Made by a program: the position numbers and the translations under genes. DNA of 12,857 bases from Candidatus Bathyarchaeota archaeon (GTDB lineage: Archaea; Thermoproteota; Bathyarchaeia; Bathyarchaeales; Bathycorpusculaceae), in assembly GCA_963739305.1 (NCBI GenBank), contig CAVTZU010000021.1, positions 1 to 12,857 of the forward strand, in the 5' to 3' direction. This document shows, piece by piece, positions 7,267 through 12,857 of the stretch. The first letter of the stretch is position 1. The number at the start of each line of letters is the position of its first letter. The notes under the pieces are model-generated. The model was not told where the DNA came from and searched no databases. It saw only the letters and a program-made list of their open reading frames with translations.

Positions 7267-7842
7267 CTAGCGTGGGCTAGGGAGAAACATCGACTTGTCC
7301 ATATAATTTGGAGGTTCAAAAAAACCTATTTCGTCAAAAAGCCGTATGCCTTTGCTAACAGACAGTGTATACAACACCGCCAGGGCAGCAATACTATTGA
7401 GAGCATTTCCCAAGTTACCTTTTGATGACTTTTTCATGTCGGAATGCTTTACGCAATTATGGGCGTCCCACCATTCTAGCTTTCTTTCAATATCAGCAAT
7501 TCCTACGAAAGGCTGAAGATACTTAAGTTCAATAGGATAATTCAGTCCGAGAGTTATTTGCCCGATTTTCTCAATGTTTCGATCAAGCCACGATCGGTAG
7601 TCCGCAATATCATATGCTTTTTTCTTCTCGCGAATAGGATACCCATTCTGAGTTAGGAGCGTATCCATTGCTGAGTCAAAAACGCTTCCCGCATCTCTGA
7701 GTATGCTGGCATACTCATAGGAAAAAACGTTGAAATTAGCTGGATTACATTCAACGTATCGGAATGTGTTAATCATTCTGTCTTCAAGCGGATGGTAGCG
7801 CATCATTATGTATGCCCTAAAGTTCCTAAACCAATCGAACAT
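7267..7842 (-). CDS. Hypothetical protein, possibly HEPN-like (WWDAHNCVKH motif), 191 aa
   Basis: LE......RYVE...N..VFS.EY..IL...GS.FD near the N-terminus and WW.A.N.VKH.....GNL.N.L...AAL near the C-terminus, a pattern I recall from island-associated helical proteins. TATA TTTAAGAA (minus strand, 7862-7869) favours ATG 7842 over 7905. Confidence 0.75.
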   Translation of the reverse strand: MFDWFRNFRAYIMMRYHPLEDRMINTFRYVECNPANFNVFSYEYASILRDAGSVFDSAMDTLLTQNGYPIREKKKAYDIADYRSWLDRNIEKIGQITLGLNYPIELKYLQPFVGIADIERKLEWWDAHNCVKHSDMKKSSKGNLGNALNSIAALAVLYTLSVSKGIRLFDEIGFFEPPNYMDKSMFLPSPR

Positions 7843-8012
7843 AACGCTATTTTCGGAGTATTTCTTAAAGAGAGTTGCTGAAAGCCTGCTGTATGACCAA
7901 CCCATGTTCCATCATAGGTACATTCAGGGATTACATATTAAAATCGATCGAATACCGCGTATCTAAAGATCTAATGGATTTGATAATGACAAAAGTTAAC
8001 TCAATCACGGTG

Positions 8013-8028
8013 AAGAAATCTTATCTAT
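8013..8028 (+). promoter_or_regulatory. Putative BRE/TATA of tRNA-Gly, overlapping the right copy of the 11-bp direct repeat (8013-8023)
   Basis: AAGAAATC followed by TTATCTAT, ending 32 nt upstream of the tRNA 5' end. Confidence 0.5.
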
Positions 8029-8060
8029 CTCACTTCAGTAATCTAATGCCGAAATGGAGA

Positions 8061-8137
8061 GCGGTCGTCGTCTAGCTGGTTAGGACACAAGCCTTCCAAG
8101 CTTGCGATCCCGGGTTCGAATCCCGGCGACCGCACCA
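8061..8137 (+). tRNA. tRNA-Gly (anticodon TCC), intronless, CCA encoded
   Basis: Acceptor stem GCGGTCG/CGACCGC; anticodon stem CAAGC/GCTTG with loop CTTCCAA (TCC at 8095-8097); T arm CCGGG-TTCGAAT-CCCGG; discriminator A, then CCA. Confidence 0.98.
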
Positions 8138-8196
8138 ATGGTGCGCGCGGCTGATTCCAAGGCTTATATACTCTCGACCACGAATACCCATTTTGG

Positions 8197-8982
8197 TTGG
8201 TTAGGTTGACCGAATCAAAAACTCCTTTGTTACTGAAAGGAGCGAACATCGTTGCCTTCGTGGTCACTCTAATAGTGAACTCCGTTGCGGGAATAGGTCT
8301 GCTCAATGGAATCTCAACCGGAGCCGTTTCGGACAAATATGCGACGCTGATCACTCCTGCGGGTTACGTTTTTTCTATCTGGAGCGTGATCTACATTCTG
8401 CTCTTCGTTTTCGTGGTTTATCAGGCGTTGCCCAGTCAAAATGGCAAGATATTCCACAAACAGATAGGTGTTCTCTTTTTGTTGAGCAGTGTCTTCAACG
8501 TTGTATGGCTTTTCCTGTGGCAGTACGAATACATCACGTTGTCCGTTCCCCTCATTTTTGCGCTCTTAGCATCCTTGATCGCGATTTATTTGCGGTTGAA
8601 CATCGGCAGATCAAACGTCCCTACGAGAGAACGACTCAGTGTTCATTTGCCGTTCAGCGTTTACTTAGGCTGGATAACCATTGCCTCAATTGCAGACGTT
8701 GCCGCGGCGCTGGTTTCAGTGAACTGGGACGGATTTAGCATCAGTAATGAAACATGGGCGATCCTCGTGGTCATCGTGGCTTTGATCATAACGTTGCTTG
8801 TCACTTTCACGCGCAGAGACATCGCATACGACTTAGTCATTATTTGGGCTCTTGTCGGCATAGCGGTGAAGCAGAGTGCATACCAGAACGTCGTCTATGC
8901 AAACGAGATAAGCGCGGTGATCATCGCTATTTCGTTGGTTCTGGCAATCCTGACCACAAGATCCAGGAGAACGAGGTCGTAA
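8197..8982 (+). CDS. TspO/MBR-related (tryptophan-rich sensory) multi-pass membrane protein
   Basis: TPAGYVFSIWSVIY, NVVWLFLW, PFSVYLGWITIA, VIIWALVGIA; about 8 hydrophobic segments; CTTATATA at 8163-8170. Start could be TTG 8206. Confidence 0.85.
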   Translation: MVRLTESKTPLLLKGANIVAFVVTLIVNSVAGIGLLNGISTGAVSDKYATLITPAGYVFSIWSVIYILLFVFVVYQALPSQNGKIFHKQIGVLFLLSSVFNVVWLFLWQYEYITLSVPLIFALLASLIAIYLRLNIGRSNVPTRERLSVHLPFSVYLGWITIASIADVAAALVSVNWDGFSISNETWAILVVIVALIITLLVTFTRRDIAYDLVIIWALVGIAVKQSAYQNVVYANEISAVIIAISLVLAILTTRSRRTRS

Positions 8983-8991
8983 TGGACTCTG

Positions 8992-9014
8992 CCGGATTAG
9001 CGCGCGCTAACCGG
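8992..9014. terminator. Palindrome/hairpin between convergent genes
   Basis: Perfect 14-bp palindrome TTAGCGCGCGCTAA (8997-9010) flanked by CCGG on both sides. Confidence 0.35.
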
Positions 9015-9025
9015 TCATCAACGAG

Positions 9026-10423
9026 TCAGAGGTTGTATTCCTCTAGGTATGTTGGCGCGCTGACTTGCCATCCGCCTTTGGAACGAAGATAATTCTCTAG
9101 ACTCTGGATTGAGCTCTCTTCGCCATGAGTTAGGAAAACTTGTCTGGGCGGGGATTTGAAGTTGTTGAGCCAACGTTCCAAATCGTTCATGTCCGCATGC
9201 GCAGAAAAGCCTTCAATATCCTGAATCTTCATCCGTACGGGATAGAGTTGTCCAAAGATTCTAACAGGTGAGACGCCGTCTAGAATTTGCCTTCCCAGTG
9301 TACCGGCTGCTTGATATCCTACGAAAAGTAGTGTGGAGTCTGGGCGAGTTATATTTCTAACAAGGTGATGCTTTATTCGGCCTCCGTCGATCATGCCCGA
9401 ACCGGCCATGATGATAATTGAGCCCTTGATGAGGTTGATGGCTTTCGACGCCTCAACGGATTCGACTAGTTTCAATCCTGGGAAATCAAACGGTGATTGG
9501 CCATCTTTGAAAAGGGATTGTGTTTCTTCGTCGAGGTATTTCATGCATCGTTCAAACACTCTCGTTATCTCGACGGCCATGGGGCTGTCCAAGAAAGCCA
9601 TAATGTACGGTATTCTTCCTTCACGCGCCAGTTTGTTGAAATAGTACACTAATTCTTGGGCGCGTTCGATAGCGAAGGTTGGTATGATGACGTTTCCGCC
9701 CGCGTTGATGGTGTCGTTTACGGTTTTTCCGAGCTTATCCTCCGCGTCTTGGAGACTTTCGTGTTTGCGATCTCCATAAGTTGATTCCATAACCACGTAA
9801 TCGGCTCGCTCAATGAATGAAGGATCTCTGAGCAAAGGTTTGTTCCATTGGCCTATGTCTCCTGAAAAGACAACGTTTTTTGTTTCGTTTTCATCTCGAA
9901 CGGTGACTTCGATCATGGCTGACCCGAGGATGTGACCGGCGTCGTGGAAGCAGACTGTAACTTGGGCGTTCAGTTGACTTGGCTGCTCATAGGGAAGAGC
10001 CCTGAGGAGAGGAAAACATTTCTCAGCGTCCTGAACCGTATAGAGCGGGATTTCGGGGCGAGGTCCTTCGCGACCCTCCTTTTCATGGCGTCTTTTCTTC
10101 AAGGCAGCGTCTTCTTCCTGCATTCGAGCAGAATCTAGAAGCACGATTGGAAACAATTCTTTGGAAGCAGGGGTCAGTAGGATTTCCCCAGTGAATCCTT
10201 CCTTCACAAGCTTGGGGACGAGCCCCGAGTGGTCGATGTGAACATGAGTCAGGAGTAAGTGCTGAATCTGGTCGGGAGGAACAGGAAATGCTTGCCAGTT
10301 TCTGTAGGAGTAATCTCTTTCCTGAAAAAGCCCACAGTCAACAAGTATCTTCAATCCGCCAGCTTCAAGCAGGTAGCTTGAACCTGTCACTTGACGCGTT
10401 GCACCTAAGAATTTGATTTTCAA
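9026..10423 (-). CDS. Beta-CASP metallo-beta-lactamase ribonuclease (YSH1/CPSF73-like family)
   Basis: GATRQVTGSS, LVDCGLFQ, LTHVHIDHSG, AGHILGSA, FSGDIG, MESTYG, PTFAIERAQE, SGM..GGRI, GYQA.GT.G, FSAHAD, HGE; TTG start with GAGG upstream. Confidence 0.95.
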   Translation of the reverse strand: MKIKFLGATRQVTGSSYLLEAGGLKILVDCGLFQERDYSYRNWQAFPVPPDQIQHLLLTHVHIDHSGLVPKLVKEGFTGEILLTPASKELFPIVLLDSARMQEEDAALKKRRHEKEGREGPRPEIPLYTVQDAEKCFPLLRALPYEQPSQLNAQVTVCFHDAGHILGSAMIEVTVRDENETKNVVFSGDIGQWNKPLLRDPSFIERADYVVMESTYGDRKHESLQDAEDKLGKTVNDTINAGGNVIIPTFAIERAQELVYYFNKLAREGRIPYIMAFLDSPMAVEITRVFERCMKYLDEETQSLFKDGQSPFDFPGLKLVESVEASKAINLIKGSIIIMAGSGMIDGGRIKHHLVRNITRPDSTLLFVGYQAAGTLGRQILDGVSPVRIFGQLYPVRMKIQDIEGFSAHADMNDLERWLNNFKSPPRQVFLTHGEESSIQSLENYLRSKGGWQVSAPTYLEEYNL

Positions 10424-10486
10424 AGCACTTCCTCTACAACGAGGTTTCTCCTTTCTGCCCTATCTGTTCTTCGTATTCCCTTGCAA

Positions 10487-11635
10487 TCAGAGTTGGAAAA
10501 GATCTCTGTCAAAGTTGGTCAGAAACTCTGTTTTCCTTTTTCCAATCAACACAATGTCTTCAACGCGCAAATAATATTCGCCGGCGTGCCAGAGCTTTGG
10601 TTCCACGGCCATCACCATGTGTGACTGTAGAACTTGATCGTAATTCGGGTCGAGCCACGGCGGTTCGTGGACTTCCACGCCGATGTTGTGTCCCACAGAC
10701 TTCATTGGCAGTCGCGCCCGCAAGTAGTCGCCGTAGCCTGATTTGTCTAGGCTTTTCTCAATTGCTGAAAAGACTTCGTTGACTCGCATGTTTCCTTCTT
10801 TCATCTTGTCGACGGTTTCAACCACCGCGTGTTGAAGAGCTTCGTAGCCTTTCTTGACTTCTATGCTTGCCGGTCCAAAATATAAGCTTCTTCCAAAATC
10901 TGAACAGTAGCCGTCCTGCACGAAGCCGTTGTCAAAAGCAATCGAAGTTCTCGGCTTCAGACCTTCATCCACGGGAACGGTAACGAGAGTGGAAGATACT
11001 TTAGAACCTGATTTGACGTAGCCGATCCATGGGGGAAACGAAACGTCTGACGCCCCTAACCGTCTGCCTTCATACTCAAGCTCGATTCTGAGTTGCCGTT
11101 GCGTGGCGCCTTTCTTGATTTTCGGCACGACCGCTGCCACGGCTTTGTCGGTGAGTCCTGCCACTTTACGGAGTTTTTCAATCTCGCTTGAATCCTTGAT
11201 CATCCTGACGTGATCCATTAGATGTTCAGCCTTGGAAAACTCAGGGTTCTTCAAAGCCTTGCTCAGTTCGATGAATGCAGAACCCCAAACGTGGTCGCCT
11301 AAACCTATTTTCTTTCCATGCAAGTCAAGATCTTTCAATACCTTCGTGATCAACGTTTCAAGCCGGTCTTTGTCCGTGAACGTTCTGGCATCTTTGATCC
11401 AGGTCTCCCGTGTCATTTTCGCCCATTCTTCGCCGACCATAAAAATAGGCTCTCCTTTCCTGGGGACGAAAACAAGGTTTGCTGGATTTCCCAGGTCTGT
11501 CCAATGTCGCCAATCGATGAGCAATCCTGTCAGGTACTGGAAATTCTGGCAGGAACCGTAAACAACCAGGTCCAGATCAAGTTCTTCCATCTTTTCCTGA
11601 AGCCCAATCAATCTGCGTTTGTAGTCAACGCTCAT
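10487..11635 (-). CDS. M24 family metallopeptidase (Xaa-Pro peptidase-like)
   Basis: Creatinase-like N-terminus (NFQYLTG), RMIK..SEI, D.G....GY.SD.GR, GHNIGVEVHEPP, AVEP, RVED. Start could be 11635, 11650 or 11653. Confidence 0.92.
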   Translation of the reverse strand: MSVDYKRRLIGLQEKMEELDLDLVVYGSCQNFQYLTGLLIDWRHWTDLGNPANLVFVPRKGEPIFMVGEEWAKMTRETWIKDARTFTDKDRLETLITKVLKDLDLHGKKIGLGDHVWGSAFIELSKALKNPEFSKAEHLMDHVRMIKDSSEIEKLRKVAGLTDKAVAAVVPKIKKGATQRQLRIELEYEGRRLGASDVSFPPWIGYVKSGSKVSSTLVTVPVDEGLKPRTSIAFDNGFVQDGYCSDFGRSLYFGPASIEVKKGYEALQHAVVETVDKMKEGNMRVNEVFSAIEKSLDKSGYGDYLRARLPMKSVGHNIGVEVHEPPWLDPNYDQVLQSHMVMAVEPKLWHAGEYYLRVEDIVLIGKRKTEFLTNFDRDLFQL

Positions 11636-11831
11636 TTCATCATCTCTCATCAATCAAGCAAAGTGTCCGGAAAAGATGTTTAGTCTCTTCAGGATATTTA
11701 TGATTTCATAGAATTCGCATTCGCCAATGTCTCGTCGTAACGCTGGCGCGTGTGTCGATTGACCCTCAAAGAAGCAAAAAACTTTACAAGAGAGCAACGG
11801 ACAAGTTTTGTTTTGAGAACCGTGGTCTCGC

Positions 11832-12080
11832 ATGGAAGATTCTGAAAAGAAGAAGGACAAAGAGAAAGCTGAGGGGCGCAGGAAGAAGTTCTGTCCACGA
11901 TGCGGTTCCACAGACATTTTTTTCGCCCGTGGCCTGCCGCAACTATGGTCGATCTGGGAGTGCAGAAACTGCGGGTACTACGGCGCGTTCATAGTAGAAG
12001 ACGGGACGACGTCGCAAAAAATCCGTGAAGAATGGGCTCGAAAACACAAGGCGAACGGCAAACCACAGGCTTCGGATTGA
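11832..12080 (+). CDS. Small Zn-ribbon protein (82 aa)
   Basis: KFCPRCGS ... WECRNCGYYG; basic N-terminus. Confidence 0.8.
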   Translation: MEDSEKKKDKEKAEGRRKKFCPRCGSTDIFFARGLPQLWSIWECRNCGYYGAFIVEDGTTSQKIREEWARKHKANGKPQASD

Positions 12081-12142
12081 CTTGGAAGTTTTGCATCTAA
12101 GCGTCTACAGCTCTGACCATCGCCTTTGGCGGAACAGGCGAA

Positions 12143-12857
12143 TCAGTTTTTTCGGGCAACGAAGACTAGCCAATCCGCCTTGGGTTTTCTGGGAGACTTA
12201 ATTTTCCAGTCGGGATAGCACTTGATCTCCTTAAACCCTGCAATCTGAAGATAGTGTAGAATGTCCCAGTAGGTGAAGAGTCGCATGCGTTCACGATCTC
12301 GAAATACATGTGTACCATCAGGAGCTTCTATTACACTTGTTTCTTTCCACCAAGTCACGCCGCGAACTTCGTCCAAGTTTTCCACGCGATCCGTGTCCAT
12401 GCATCGTATGCCTCGAGCACGGGTTTCTTGAACGTGATACCCCTGCATGCGCGGTGTGCCCGTTCTGATATAGGGTTGAAAACGTTGCAGACCATTACTC
12501 CTCCTGATCTTAGGCTGCGGTGAATGTGCCGAAGACATATTAGCACGTCGTCATCGTCTGGCAGAAGGAAGAGTATGTAGAGTGCAAGTGCAGCGTCAAA
12601 CTCGTTCTCATACGCCAGTTTCGTGGCGTCGCCCTGCGACAGTTTCACGGAAACACCTTCGCGATGGGCTCTGGCCTTTGCTACTTGAACACGTTCAGGA
12701 GTGTAATCCAATCCAGTACATCGATACCCACGACGAGCTAGGCCGATTATGTGTCGACCGTTTCCGCAAGCGACATCGAGCACGTCATTGACTCGATGAG
12801 TTGCATCGGCACTGAAGGCAGATTCGAGAAAGTCAAGCTCACGTTTTAGCTTAGTGC
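12143..12857 (-). pseudogene. Class I SAM-dependent methyltransferase, 5'-truncated by the window edge, with a frameshift at about 12440-12470
   Basis: The frame is open from the window edge (TKLKRELDFLESAF...VLDVACGNGRH...GLD...QGDA...L+SGG...NVFNP). The typical C-terminus (RLFT....LQIAGF...LVFVARK) is in the -1 frame. Confidence 0.85.

Larger units (their letters stand above)
4686..8023. mobile_element. Putative horizontally acquired islet upstream of tRNA-Gly (no integrase in window)
   Basis: Hand-counted 60-nt lines: 24/60 GC at 4801, 22/60 at 6781 and 15/60 at 7081, versus 33/60 at 2221 in rtcB; accessory gene content; 11-bp terminal direct repeat; tRNA-adjacent. Confidence 0.5.

Noticed and set aside
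4686-8060. Integron attC sites, CRISPR array, integrase/transposase or duplicated tRNA fragment in the islet
   Set aside because: I found no RYYYAAC...GTTRRRY hairpins, no regularly spaced repeats, no recombinase ORF and no second copy of tRNA sequence by eye.
8061-8137. tRNA intron or split tRNA, considered because RtcB is nearby
   Set aside because: The cloverleaf is complete and uninterrupted, with no bulge-helix-bulge insertion.
7875-8354. ORFs 7875-8075 (+) and 8043-8354 (-)
   Set aside because: Both overlap the tRNA and its promoter. The first might be a gene remnant but is unsupported.
8505-11683. Alternative-frame and antisense ORFs within the TspO, beta-CASP and M24 genes
   Set aside because: They are shadow ORFs of strongly supported genes.
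11654-11994. ORFs 11654-11917, 11698-11898 and 11752-11994
   Set aside because: They overlap the divergent promoter gap and the Zn-ribbon gene, and have no recognisable features.

Overview
Archaeal window; a Bathyarchaeia/TACK-like origin is my inference from the TATA promoters, leaderless and TTG/GTG starts, archease plus RtcB, and a tRNA-Gly with discriminator A73. The left arm carries the tRNA-ligation pair archease and RtcB, separated by a small coiled-coil gene and an MBL-fold hydrolase. These are followed by a 2-TM protein and a Zn-finger + DUF7662-like protein. The middle is an AT-richer ~3.3 kb block (4686-8023) bounded by an 11-bp direct repeat (AAGAAATCTTA) and ending at the promoter of tRNA-Gly(TCC). 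It encodes a 4-TM protein, a Cap12/Pycsar-type TIR protein (unrecognised N-terminal domain, 60-aa insertion, single-base frameshift), a small Zn-ribbon protein and a HEPN-like protein, and it contains a dif-like ATAA-N6-TTAT site. This block is the best candidate for an undescribed (defence) system. The right arm holds a TspO-like membrane protein, a beta-CASP RNase, an M24 peptidase, a Zn-ribbon protein and a frameshifted class I SAM methyltransferase running off the edge. All family calls are from motif recognition by eye; no database searches were run.
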